Assembly: GCA_963846575.1 (NCBI GenBank)
Contig: CAWJWJ010000001.1
Coordinates: 928,001 to 992,000, forward strand
Direction of reading: 5' to 3'
DNA from: an uncultured Nitrospiraceae bacterium
Lineage (GTDB): Bacteria; Nitrospirota; Nitrospiria; Nitrospirales; Nitrospiraceae
DNA: 64,000 nt
Shown here: positions 49,239-58,800 of the stretch, in pieces
Layout of the letters: every line of letters begins with the position of its first letter
Numbering within the stretch: position 1 is the first letter of the stretch
Notes under the pieces: generated by a model
The model's database searches: none
Seen by the model: only the letters and a program-made list of their open reading frames with translations
What the model was told of the DNA's origin: nothing
Program-made: the position numbers and the translations under genes

Positions 49239-50252
49239 ATGATTATCGTTTTGAAACCCGAAGCCTCGGAACGGGAAGTCGATCACATCATTGATCGTCT
49301 TCGCGAACTGGGATTGAAGTCGCATATATCGACCGGTCAGGAGCGGACGATCATCGGGGTCATCGGGGATGATCGGATTCTGCACAACCAGCCGCTGACC
49401 GCCTTGCCCGGGGTCGAGAGTGTGTTGCCGATTCTGGCTCCCTGGAAGTTGGTCAGCAGGGAGTTCAAAAAAGAGAACACCATCATCGATGTCAATGGAG
49501 TCAAAATCGGAGATAAGAAGATTATCATCATGGCGGGTCCTTGCGCGGTCGAGCGATTGGAATTGACCGTGGGAATCGCGCATGAGGTCAAGTCGTCGGG
49601 GGCCACCGTTTTGCGAGGCGGGGCCTACAAGCCGCGGACGTCACCCTATTCGTTTCAGGGGTTAGGGCGAGAAGGATTGGATTATTTGGTCGAGGCGAAG
49701 AAACAGACCGGGCTTCCGGTGGTGAGTGAGATTCTGGATACGCGCGACATCGAACTGTTCCTCGAGAAGGCGGACATCATCCAGATCGGCGCCAGGAACA
49801 TGCAGAACTTTGAGTTATTGAAGGAAGTCGGTGCCTACGATAAACCGGTGCTGCTGAAACGCGGCCTATCGGCTACGATCAAGGAGTTTCTGCTCTCCGC
49901 CGAGTACATCATGTCCCGCGGCAATCGCAATGTGATGTTGTGCGAGCGGGGTATCCGTACGTTTGAAACGCAGTATCGGAACACCCTCGATCTCGCGGCC
50001 ATTCCGACCCTCAAAGATCTCTCGCATCTGCCGGTGATCGTCGATCCCAGCCATGCGACCGGCAAGTGGGATTTGGTGGCACCCATGTCAAAGGCGGCGA
50101 TCGCAGCAGGGGCCGACGGACTTCTGATCGAAGTGCATTCCAATCCCGAGTGCGCCCTCTGCGATGGAGAAGAATCGATACGGCCGTCGAAGTTCAAGGA
50201 ATTGATGGGAAATTTGCGAAGGATTTCCGCGGCGGTTGATCGGACGATTTGA
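49239..50252 (+). CDS. aroF: DAHP synthase, type I-beta
   Basis: AGPCAVE, RGGAYKPRTSPYSFQG, QIGARNMQNF, VDPSHATG. Confidence 0.95.
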   Translation: MIIVLKPEASEREVDHIIDRLRELGLKSHISTGQERTIIGVIGDDRILHNQPLTALPGVESVLPILAPWKLVSREFKKENTIIDVNGVKIGDKKIIIMAGPCAVERLELTVGIAHEVKSSGATVLRGGAYKPRTSPYSFQGLGREGLDYLVEAKKQTGLPVVSEILDTRDIELFLEKADIIQIGARNMQNFELLKEVGAYDKPVLLKRGLSATIKEFLLSAEYIMSRGNRNVMLCERGIRTFETQYRNTLDLAAIPTLKDLSHLPVIVDPSHATGKWDLVAPMSKAAIAAGADGLLIEVHSNPECALCDGEESIRPSKFKELMGNLRRISAAVDRTI

Positions 50253-50311
50253 TCGTCGTGGCATGGTTCTGCCCGGACCGTACGGGATGTAGGAAGACCG
50301 GAAGTTATTGA

Positions 50312-51208
50312 ATGATGAGACCACATTTCAAGCAGGTCGCGATTGTCGGGGTCGGTCTGATCGGCGGATCGTTGGGCATGATCATGCGCCGGCAGGGGCT
50401 GGTCGACTCCGTCGTCGGCATCGGGCGGCGCGTGGAAAATCTCAGGACGGCCGTGGAACTAGGCGCCATCGATCGATACGTCTCGGATCCCCGTGAAGGG
50501 GTCGAAGGAGCGGATTTCGTGCTCCTGGCTACTCCGGTGGACACGTATGAGCGACATCTGCAGGAATGGGCGGCCTGCCTCAAACCAGGGACGATTGTCA
50601 CCGACGTCGGGAGCGTGAAGGGCGAGCTGGTCACACGGGCGGAAGCGCTGATGCCTCCCGCGGTGCGGTTTGTGGGTGCGCATCCGATCGCCGGCAAGGA
50701 AAAGACCGGCGTCGCGGCAGGGTCGGAGACGCTTTTTACCGGCGCCCGTTGTATTCTCACGCCGACCTCCAAGACGGACCCCGAGGCGCTGAACCGGGTG
50801 CGTGCGCTCTGGGAGCTCGCCGGCTCGATCGTGCTGGAAATGGATCCCTTTCTGCACGACAAGATTCTCGGAGCCGTCAGCCATCTACCGCATGTAGCGG
50901 CATTTGCCTTAATGACGGCGCTTGCAGATGTGCGTGACCATGGCGTGCCGGAGCTCGATCTGGCCGGTCATTCGGGTGGAGGTTTGCGGGACACGACGCG
51001 CATTGCTGCGAGTTCACCCGAGATGTGGCGGGACATTTTCATCTGGAATCGGGACAACCTCGTCCGCTTGATCGAGACGTATGAGCGCCATCTCGGCGAA
51101 ATGAAGCGGCTGATCGCCTCTGGTGATGCGGCGGGCATCGAGAAACAGCTCGAACAGGCGAAGCACGAGCGGGAGCAACTCACTGCACGGGTGCCGGGGA
51201 AGGTATAG
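50312..51208 (+). CDS. tyrA: Prephenate/arogenate dehydrogenase
   Basis: GVGLIGGS, DVGSVK, HPIAG.E, HD...AVSHLPH, RDTTRIA. Confidence 0.93.
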   Translation: MMRPHFKQVAIVGVGLIGGSLGMIMRRQGLVDSVVGIGRRVENLRTAVELGAIDRYVSDPREGVEGADFVLLATPVDTYERHLQEWAACLKPGTIVTDVGSVKGELVTRAEALMPPAVRFVGAHPIAGKEKTGVAAGSETLFTGARCILTPTSKTDPEALNRVRALWELAGSIVLEMDPFLHDKILGAVSHLPHVAAFALMTALADVRDHGVPELDLAGHSGGGLRDTTRIAASSPEMWRDIFIWNRDNLVRLIETYERHLGEMKRLIASGDAAGIEKQLEQAKHEREQLTARVPGKV

Positions 51209-51214
51209 GCGAGA

Positions 51215-52543
51215 TTGTCGTCCCTGACCATTACACCGGGCCGTCCGCTGAAGGGCACGATCACCGTGCCGGGCGACAAGTCTGTTACGCATCGGGCCAT
51301 CATCCTCACGGCGCTCGCCGAAGGGGTCAGTGCCGTGACGGATTATTGTCGCGGTGAGGATTGCCTCAATACCATGCGGGCATTTCAATCGCTGGGCGTG
51401 CGAATCGAAGAGACGCCCGAGCGGTTGCTCGTGCATGGGAAGGGCATGTGGGGCCTTACCGAACCGCTCGGCCCGATTGATTGCGGCAATTCCGGCACCG
51501 GCATTCGGCTGATGACAGGACTCTTGGCAGGGCAGGACTTTTTCACGGTGCTCACCGGGGACGAGTCAATCCGACGGCGACCGATGGGTCGCGTCGTAAA
51601 ACCGTTGCGGGGGATGGGCGCGGCGATCGCGGGCCGAAAAGGCGGAGAACTGGCGCCATTGGCGATTTCCGGTACGCGTCTGACCGGCATGGCCTATTCA
51701 TCGCCGGTTGCGAGCGCACAAATCAAATCGTCCCTGCTGTTTGCCGCCCTTTACGCCCACGGTACGACGACTATTTCAGAACCACGGCTTTCACGGGATC
51801 ATACCGAGCGCATGTTTGCCTATTTCGGGATTCCGCTCCAGCGTGAAGGTTGCAGGGTGCAGATCGAGGGTCGTCCTGCAGTGCGATGGAGCGGCCGGAC
51901 TGTGGTGGTGCCGGGGGATCTTTCCGCCGCCGCATTTTTTCTGGTTGGTGCGTTGATCGTGCCTGATTCCGATGTGACACTTCGCGCCGTCGGCATCAAT
52001 CCGACTCGGACCGGCCTCTTAGAGATTCTGCGTCAGATGGGGGCCCGCATCGACGTGCTGAATCCACGGGAGGAGGCTGGTGAACCGGTCGCCGATTTGC
52101 GGGTACGTGCGATGCCTCTACGAGGGGTTACAATCGGTCCGGAGCAGATTCCTCAGACCATCGATGAATTTCCGATTCTCTGCGTGGCTGCGGCCGTGGC
52201 TGAGGGAGACACGATCATCACCGGTGCTGAGGAGTTGAGAGTCAAGGAAAGCGACCGGATTGCAACCATGGCGACCGAACTGCGCGCGATGGGAGCAGGT
52301 ATCGAGGAGCGGCCCGACGGAATGGTGATACGGGGGTTGGGACGCAAAGGAGAGAACGGATCGCTCACCGGTGCGACGTGCAGGAGTCATGGCGACCATC
52401 GTGTGGCCATGTCTGTCGCGATTGGGGCCTTGACTGCTGCCCACCCGACCCTCATTGAGGATACGGGCTGCATCGAGACGTCGTTTCCCAATTTCGATCG
52501 AACGTTAGCAGACCTTGTGGATGACTCTCACGGACGACCATAG
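51215..52543 (+). CDS. aroA: EPSP synthase
   Basis: VPGDKSVTHR, GNSGTG.RL, ASAQIKS, RDHTE, IDEFP, ELRVKESDR, DHRVAM. Confidence 0.97.
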   Translation: MSSLTITPGRPLKGTITVPGDKSVTHRAIILTALAEGVSAVTDYCRGEDCLNTMRAFQSLGVRIEETPERLLVHGKGMWGLTEPLGPIDCGNSGTGIRLMTGLLAGQDFFTVLTGDESIRRRPMGRVVKPLRGMGAAIAGRKGGELAPLAISGTRLTGMAYSSPVASAQIKSSLLFAALYAHGTTTISEPRLSRDHTERMFAYFGIPLQREGCRVQIEGRPAVRWSGRTVVVPGDLSAAAFFLVGALIVPDSDVTLRAVGINPTRTGLLEILRQMGARIDVLNPREEAGEPVADLRVRAMPLRGVTIGPEQIPQTIDEFPILCVAAAVAEGDTIITGAEELRVKESDRIATMATELRAMGAGIEERPDGMVIRGLGRKGENGSLTGATCRSHGDHRVAMSVAIGALTAAHPTLIEDTGCIETSFPNFDRTLADLVDDSHGRP

Positions 52544-52555
52544 AGCGAGGATTAC

Positions 52556-53254
52556 GTGGAAGAGAGGTCAGAGTCGAGGGCGGATAAGGCAGGGCTGATC
52601 ATCGCGATTGATGGTCCTGCCGGTGTCGGCAAGAGCACGGTCGCAAGACTCCTGGCACTTCGGCTGGGTTATTTGTACCTGGACACGGGTGCCTTGTACC
52701 GGGCCGTTGCATGGAAAGTACGCGATGCCGGATTGAGTCCTGATGATCGGGCTGCCATTACCGCGCTGTTGCCGGAGATGACGCTCCGTATGGCATGTGG
52801 CCCGGAGCAAGCCCATGTCATGCTAAATGGGCGGGACATCACCGGCGAACTACGAACGCCGGCGGTCACGGCGCTTGCCTCGATGGTGTCGGCGATCCCA
52901 GCTGTCCGGGAATGGCTGCTGCCGGTGCAACGGAAGATCGGGGCGGAGGGCTGTGTCGTGGCGGAAGGACGGGATGTCGGCACGCGTGTGTTCCCTGAAG
53001 CGGATATCAAGTTTTTCCTCGAGGCCGATCCGGATGTCCGGGCGAGCAGGCGCCATCGTGAGCTTGTGGCGGCCGGCCATTCGGTTCATCTGGATCAGAC
53101 CAAGCGAGAGTTGACCGGGCGGGATGATCGCGATCGCTCCCGCCAGACGGCGCCTTTAGTGCCTGCACCGGATGCCGAGCATCTTGATACTTCGAGTATG
53201 CCTGCGGAGTCTGTCGTCGAGCACATGATGGCTGTGGTTGCGGCGAAATTGTGA
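52556..53254 (+). CDS. cmk: Cytidylate kinase
   Basis: IAIDGPAGVGKST, DTGALYRA, EGRDVGT.VFP. Confidence 0.96.
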   Translation: MEERSESRADKAGLIIAIDGPAGVGKSTVARLLALRLGYLYLDTGALYRAVAWKVRDAGLSPDDRAAITALLPEMTLRMACGPEQAHVMLNGRDITGELRTPAVTALASMVSAIPAVREWLLPVQRKIGAEGCVVAEGRDVGTRVFPEADIKFFLEADPDVRASRRHRELVAAGHSVHLDQTKRELTGRDDRDRSRQTAPLVPAPDAEHLDTSSMPAESVVEHMMAVVAAKL

Positions 53255-53946
53255 TTTCCGCACTGTATGCCTGCTTGTGGGTGATTTCGCGTGTGGTCGG
53301 CTGGGTGTGTTTTCGGTATCGGACGGTGGGTGGGGTTCCGCGGCAGGGCGGGTTTCTGATCGCCTCCAACCATGCCAGCTATTTGGACATTCCGCTGCTT
53401 GGATGCGGGATCACCCGGCGGGTCTGGTACATGGGGCGGCACGACTTATTTCCATCGCCTGTGCTCAATAGTCTTCTGCAGGCGCTTGGATGGATTCCCC
53501 TGCGGGTCGGACGCCTCGATCGTGACGCGTTCAGTAAGGCCGTTTCGCTCATCAAGGAAGGAAAGCCGGTGGCGATCTTTCCTGAGGGAGGGCGGACCAT
53601 GACCGGAGCATTGAAGCCGGGCAAACCCGGCATCGGAGTGATCGTGGCGCAGACCGGTTGTCAGGTAGTGCCGGCTCATATCGACGGAACATTCGATGTA
53701 CTGCCGCCGGGCGCGAGGTGGCCGAGATTCCGTCGAGTGACGGTCGTGTATGGTGAGCCCATCGATTTTTCCCTGGATGCCACTCAGTTGGAAGGTAAGA
53801 CGTTTTATCAACATGTCAGTCGCACGGTGATGGCGAAGATTGCGGAGCTCGGAGACGTTCCGATGCCGGCAGACCGGCCGGCGCATACCGAGCGGGGCCG
53901 CGATCTTGAGTCCACATCAACGGCCAAGTCTTGCAACGCTGAGTAA
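53251..53946 (+). CDS. plsC: 1-acyl-sn-glycerol-3-phosphate acyltransferase
   Basis: NHASYLD and FPEGGR motifs. Confidence 0.9.
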   Translation: MISALYACLWVISRVVGWVCFRYRTVGGVPRQGGFLIASNHASYLDIPLLGCGITRRVWYMGRHDLFPSPVLNSLLQALGWIPLRVGRLDRDAFSKAVSLIKEGKPVAIFPEGGRTMTGALKPGKPGIGVIVAQTGCQVVPAHIDGTFDVLPPGARWPRFRRVTVVYGEPIDFSLDATQLEGKTFYQHVSRTVMAKIAELGDVPMPADRPAHTERGRDLESTSTAKSCNAE

Positions 53947-54003
53947 GATTTGGCTTCTCTCACATTCAGCACCCGGCGCAAGCCGGAGGACGAGGATCTT
54001 TTC

Positions 54004-55719
54004 ATGAGTACTGTCACCCCAGAAAGCGAACCGAAACTCGATCGCGATGCCTTGGCGGCGATGTATGAGGAAACCTTCCGAAATTTTGAGGAAGGCACGA
54101 TTACCGAGGGCATGGTCGTGGCCATCGGTAAGGATAAAGTGGTGGTCGATATCGGGTACAAGTCCGAAGGCATGATTCCGGGCGACCAGTTCTCACATGA
54201 AGAACTGGCGCAATTAAAGGTGGGCGACCGCCTGCAGGTCTACCTCGAGGAATGTGAAGACGCCGACGGCAATCTCGTGCTCTCCAAAGAAAAAGCCGAC
54301 AAGATGAAAATCTGGGAGGAATTGGAGACGCTGCACAAAGAGGAAAAAAGCATTGAGGGTAAGATTGTTTCCCGTATCAAGGGCGGCATGATGGTGGATA
54401 TCGGCGTGAAGGCCTTCCTGCCCGGCTCTCAGATCGATCTGCATCCTGTGCGCGATCTGGATGGACTCGTGGGCAAGACCTTTCCGCTCAAGATCATCAA
54501 GATCAATCACCGACGGGGCAACGTCGTCGTGTCCCGCCGGGTGCTGCTCGAAGAGACCCGCGATCGTCGTCGTCAGACGACATTGGCGACCTTGAAGGAA
54601 GGCCAGTTGATTCAAGGAACCGTCAAAAACATCACAGACTACGGAGCCTTTATTGACCTCGGCGGCATCGATGGACTGTTACATATCACCGATATGTCAT
54701 GGGGCCGCGTGGGACATCCGTCCGAACTGTTCCAGGTCAGCGACAAGGTCGAGGTGACGGTATTGAAATACGACCGTGAGACCGGCCGGATTTCGCTCGG
54801 CCTGAAGCAGAAGTCGGCGGATCCCTGGACCGGCGTCGCAGCGAAGTATCCTGTGGGCACACGCGTGCGGGGACGAGTCGTCAGTCTGACGGACTATGGT
54901 GCCTTCGTTGAGTTGGAGCCTGGCGTGGAAGGGTTGGTCCACGTCTCTGAAATGTCCTGGACACATGAGGTCCGTCATCCCTCACGCGTCGTGTCGGTCG
55001 GCGATCAGGTCGAGGCGGCCGTACTGAACATCGATCCGGGAAGCCGGAAAATCTCCCTGGGGATGAAGCAGACCGCGCCGAACCCTTGGGATATGATCGA
55101 AGCCAAGTATCCAGCCGGAACCCGCATTGAAGGAAAGGTGAAAAGCCTGACTGATTTCGGAGCATTCGTCGGCCTGGAAGAGGGGATCGACGGATTGATC
55201 CATATATCTGACATGTCCTGGACGAAGCACATTAAACATCCGTCCGAGCTGTTCAAGAAGGGTCAGAAGGTCGATGCGGTGGTGATTCGTATCGACAAAG
55301 AAAAGGAACGGCTTTCGTTGGGATACAAGCAATTGTCCCGGGATCCATGGGAAGAGCAGATCCCAAACCGCTATCGGGTGGGAGATAGTATTGCCGGCAA
55401 GGTGAGCAAGATCGCCGATTTCGGGCTCTTCATCGAGTTGGACGGCGACGTGGAAGGCTTGATCCATATCAGCGAAGTCGGACTGGATACGAATGTCCGG
55501 ATGGAAGAGAAGTTCAAGCCGCAGGATGAGGTGACGGCCAAGATCATCAAGGTCGATCGCGAGGAGCGGAAGATTGCGCTCAGCTTGCGCGATCACCAGC
55601 TTGATAGCGACCGGCGGCAGGTGGATGAGTTCCATGCCGCTCAGGGCGGGTTGGATCAGAGCCTGGGACGAGCGGCCAAACAAAGCCGAAAGCGGAATCA
55701 AAACGATTCCGAAGCCTAG
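54004..55719 (+). CDS. rpsA: 30S ribosomal protein S1
   Basis: Six S1 repeats (DIGYKSEG, AFLPGSQ, YGAFIDLGG, GLVHVSEMSW); likely ATG at 54004. Confidence 0.97.
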   Translation: MSTVTPESEPKLDRDALAAMYEETFRNFEEGTITEGMVVAIGKDKVVVDIGYKSEGMIPGDQFSHEELAQLKVGDRLQVYLEECEDADGNLVLSKEKADKMKIWEELETLHKEEKSIEGKIVSRIKGGMMVDIGVKAFLPGSQIDLHPVRDLDGLVGKTFPLKIIKINHRRGNVVVSRRVLLEETRDRRRQTTLATLKEGQLIQGTVKNITDYGAFIDLGGIDGLLHITDMSWGRVGHPSELFQVSDKVEVTVLKYDRETGRISLGLKQKSADPWTGVAAKYPVGTRVRGRVVSLTDYGAFVELEPGVEGLVHVSEMSWTHEVRHPSRVVSVGDQVEAAVLNIDPGSRKISLGMKQTAPNPWDMIEAKYPAGTRIEGKVKSLTDFGAFVGLEEGIDGLIHISDMSWTKHIKHPSELFKKGQKVDAVVIRIDKEKERLSLGYKQLSRDPWEEQIPNRYRVGDSIAGKVSKIADFGLFIELDGDVEGLIHISEVGLDTNVRMEEKFKPQDEVTAKIIKVDREERKIALSLRDHQLDSDRRQVDEFHAAQGGLDQSLGRAAKQSRKRNQNDSEA

Positions 55720-55734
55720 GTCACTGGAGATCCA

Positions 55735-56634
55735 ATGGGCCCACAAACGGAGACTGCCGGCAAACCGAAGCGAAGCTTAGTGCGCCGGATCATCTGGGCT
55801 CTCGTGATTGCGGGAGGAGCGGTGTTGTTGTTGAACGCGCTCCTCCCGGATCTCGATCTCTCCGGCCAGGAACGAGTCGCGGTGATTCGTATCGAGGGAG
55901 TGATTCTCGACGCGCAGGCAACGATCGGTGAGTTGCAGCAATACAGCGAAAATCCCCTCGTCAAGGCAATCGTCTTACGCATCGACAGTCCCGGGGGAGG
56001 AGTAGTCCCGTCCCAGGAAATTCATGATGCGGTAAAGCGAGTCAAAAACAAGAGCAACAAAGCGATCATCGCTTCCATGGGGACGGTCGCCGCATCCGGA
56101 GGATACTACATCGCCGCCGCGACGGATCGTATCATCGCCAATCCGGGCACGCTCACCGGGAGCATTGGCGTCATCATGGAAATGGCGAATTTCGAAGGGC
56201 TACTGAAAAAGATCGGGGTCGAAGGGGTGGTGATCAAAAGCGGTCGATTCAAGGACGTGGGCTCGCCGTTGAGAAAAATGAGTGAGGAGGAGCGCAAGCT
56301 GTTGCAGTCCGTCATGGACGATGTGCATCATCAATTCATTCAAGCAGTCGCCGACGGACGGTCGTTGGAACTTACCGACGTCGAACCGCTTGCGGACGGT
56401 CGTATTTTCACCGGGCGTCAGGCCAAGGAGGCTCGACTGGTCGATGAATTGGGCGACCTTGATGATGCCATCCACATCGCGGCTGATATTGCCGGGATGG
56501 AAGGTGAACCGAAGGTGGTGGAGCCACGCAAACGATTCTCCTTTCGGGATATCCTAGAGTCACGTTGGTCGTCGGTTTTTCCGAAGCTGGAGATTGAGAC
56601 GGGCGTCAAACTGAAGTACCTGATGGCGTTCTGA
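55735..56634 (+). CDS. sppA: Signal peptide peptidase SppA (36K type)
   Basis: LRIDSPGG, AASGGYYIA, TGSIGV, KSGRFKD, DGRIFTG. Confidence 0.95.
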   Translation: MGPQTETAGKPKRSLVRRIIWALVIAGGAVLLLNALLPDLDLSGQERVAVIRIEGVILDAQATIGELQQYSENPLVKAIVLRIDSPGGGVVPSQEIHDAVKRVKNKSNKAIIASMGTVAASGGYYIAAATDRIIANPGTLTGSIGVIMEMANFEGLLKKIGVEGVVIKSGRFKDVGSPLRKMSEEERKLLQSVMDDVHHQFIQAVADGRSLELTDVEPLADGRIFTGRQAKEARLVDELGDLDDAIHIAADIAGMEGEPKVVEPRKRFSFRDILESRWSSVFPKLEIETGVKLKYLMAF

Positions 56635-56706
56635 GCGGCCAGATGGCCATCGGTTCCCGGGGCAGTTCACAGGCATAGGTAAGCGCCACCCACCAGGAGA
56701 GCGACG

Positions 56707-56985
56707 ATGACAAAAGCGCAAATTATCGAGCGGGTTTCGGAGCAGGTGACGACGCTGACGAAGCGGCAGGCCGAGGTGGTCGTGAATACCATTTTCGACT
56801 GTATCCGCGATTCACTTCGAAGCGGCAACAAGACGGAGATCCGAGGGTTCGGCAGCTTCCGTCTTCGCGCCAGACGGATGAAGGAAGGCCGCAACCCGAA
56901 AACCGGAGCCACCGTCGCAGTACCGGCCAAGCGCGTACCGTTCTTCAAGGCAGGCAAGGAATTAAAGGAATTACTCAATAAGTAA
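56707..56985 (+). CDS. ihfB: Integration host factor beta / HU-family protein
   Basis: EIRGFGSF, GRNPKTG, VPFFKAGKELKE; rpsA-sppA-ihfB synteny. Confidence 0.9.
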   Translation: MTKAQIIERVSEQVTTLTKRQAEVVVNTIFDCIRDSLRSGNKTEIRGFGSFRLRARRMKEGRNPKTGATVAVPAKRVPFFKAGKELKELLNK

Positions 56986-56998
56986 CAGGAGTGATACC

Positions 56999-57994
56999 GT
57001 GGCAGAGTCATCAGACATAACAGCCTCAGAGGTCCGGTGGAGTGATGGCGCGCTCAAACGCATGGAGCGCGCTCCGCTGTTCTTGCGGGGGATGGTCCGT
57101 CGCCTGGCCGAAAAAAAGGCGCGCGAGTTGGGATACGGGGAAATCACCGAAGAAATCCTCGATCAGTTCAAGAGCCAGATGATGGGAACCATGGGCGGCG
57201 AAGGCGGCATGGCGGAAGCAGCCGATCAAATGGCGAAGGGGCAACTGCCTTGGACTGCCGCTGCTAAAGCGCGTCTGGACGCGGTGCCGGAGTTCATGCG
57301 AGGTATGATCAAACAGATTGCCGATGAGATCGCCCGCAAAGGCGGCCATATGGAGGTCAACGTCGACCTGTTCGAAAAAGTCGAAGCGTTAGGCGACATC
57401 CGGGAGCGGGAGTTACCCCCGTTGGAATGGACCGAAGGGGCACTGGCGCTCTTGCAACAAAAAATCAAGGAATCCCCGCCCATCGCGATGGATTTCGTTA
57501 GCGACATGATCCGGCACGATACTGAGGAGTTGGCGAGGGAAAAGGGATTCACCCGGATAGACGAGCAGGCAGCAGTGACATTGTGGGAGTCACCGCAGGA
57601 GCGTGTGACCTGGAGCGACGAGGCCTGGAAGCGCCTCCAAACTTCGCCCGATTTCGTGCGTAGCGGCATTCGCAAAGCGGCTGAGCGAAGGGCCCGCAAA
57701 CTGGGTTTGAAGGAAGTGGATTCTGACCACCTCACCACCTTCCGCAATCAGGCCATGATGAAGGCGGTGAAACGAATTCGTTCGTTCGGATATAACGAAC
57801 TGACGTTTGATGCATTCGACACGGCCCTGCAAAAAACCAAGCGCCTTCAAGGCAATGACCAGGCAGAGAAACGACTTCAGGAAATTCGGTCACACTTCAG
57901 CGATCCGGAGACAAAAAAGCCGGATGGCGGCACGCTCGGGGCCGACCTCATGGGCAGGTTCAGAAGATTTCTCAAGGGCGAAGGATCACTCTAG
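56999..57994 (+). CDS. Protein with four tandem PCP_red-like domains
   Basis: Four W(S/T)xxA...P.F.R....E..AR..G units. Confidence 0.8.
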   Translation: MAESSDITASEVRWSDGALKRMERAPLFLRGMVRRLAEKKARELGYGEITEEILDQFKSQMMGTMGGEGGMAEAADQMAKGQLPWTAAAKARLDAVPEFMRGMIKQIADEIARKGGHMEVNVDLFEKVEALGDIRERELPPLEWTEGALALLQQKIKESPPIAMDFVSDMIRHDTEELAREKGFTRIDEQAAVTLWESPQERVTWSDEAWKRLQTSPDFVRSGIRKAAERRARKLGLKEVDSDHLTTFRNQAMMKAVKRIRSFGYNELTFDAFDTALQKTKRLQGNDQAEKRLQEIRSHFSDPETKKPDGGTLGADLMGRFRRFLKGEGSL

Positions 57995-58132
57995 GCGATT
58001 GACGGGTGGCTGTTCGCTGGTCGTGCGATTTCTCTGCATCCTGCCCCGTTGAGGCACCGCTATTTCTTAAAGATCTCCTCCGTCAGGCGGAACCATCCAT
58101 TTCCCATCCGGAACGCAAGGCAGGCGTCAGGT

Positions 58133-58152
58133 AGGGCTGCCTTGGCAGCCCT
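58133..58152. terminator. GC-rich palindrome between convergent genes
   Basis: AGGGCTGCC-TT-GGCAGCCCT; no U tract. Confidence 0.4.
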
Positions 58153-58236
58153 GTCAGACGTGAAGGCAGCTTCCAGAGTCAGGTCCGTTCGGGGCGCCCG
58201 GGAAGAAAAGTTCAGATAAGCAAATGGCGGCTGCGT

Positions 58237-58557
58237 CTAGTGGGAGGCAACAGCACTGGGCCAGAATTTGTGACGGATCTGGGGCAGCGGCTCATTGTCC
58301 AAATTGGGAATATCGTAGAGGCAGCGGTCGATAATCGAGAGCTCGTCTTCGGTAAGTTCCAACTGGATTTGTTTCTTCCAGAACTGATCCAAGGCTAAAT
58401 AATCGTTGGAGGTGGGCTTCTCGGCCAGCAACGCTTGCATCTTCTTGAAGCCCTCGGTGTCGACCCCGGCCACGCGACCATTGTTGCGATCAATGCACCA
58501 TTTTAGGACTTCGGCGATTCCATACATGGATAAGGGAACATGAACTTTTTTACTCAT
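58237..58557 (-). CDS. Hypothetical protein (106 aa)
   Basis: MSKKVHVPLSMYG...; GAGGAGG RBS before the ATG at 58557. Confidence 0.75.
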   Translation of the reverse strand: MSKKVHVPLSMYGIAEVLKWCIDRNNGRVAGVDTEGFKKMQALLAEKPTSNDYLALDQFWKKQIQLELTEDELSIIDRCLYDIPNLDNEPLPQIRHKFWPSAVASH

Positions 58558-58800
58558 GGGATCCTCCTCATACTTGGCGGCATTGTAGCGTAAGCCCTGG
58601 TAGGTTTTCAAAGGGGCGAAAGGCCTATACAAAGCCGGCACGTTCGGCAAGGGTCTTGGGATGCACCTGACATCTCGTGTTCGGGTATGGCATTCATTGC
58701 GAAGCGAGACAGGCCTCTGTATACTCCGCCGAACGCATCAATCGGGAGCGGCGAAGCATGGACTTGGCCGGAATGTCATGCCTTTTGCGTCGAGATGGAT

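Noticed and set aside
42059..57994. PCP_red domains as evidence of chlorophyll synthesis
   Set aside because: No BchN/BchL/BchB nitrogenase-like domains or other photosynthesis genes in the window.
58060..58236. 58 open codons in frame after the TAG of the 58237 gene (amber read-through)
   Set aside because: Open stretches of this length are common at this GC content; no pyl genes or other support.
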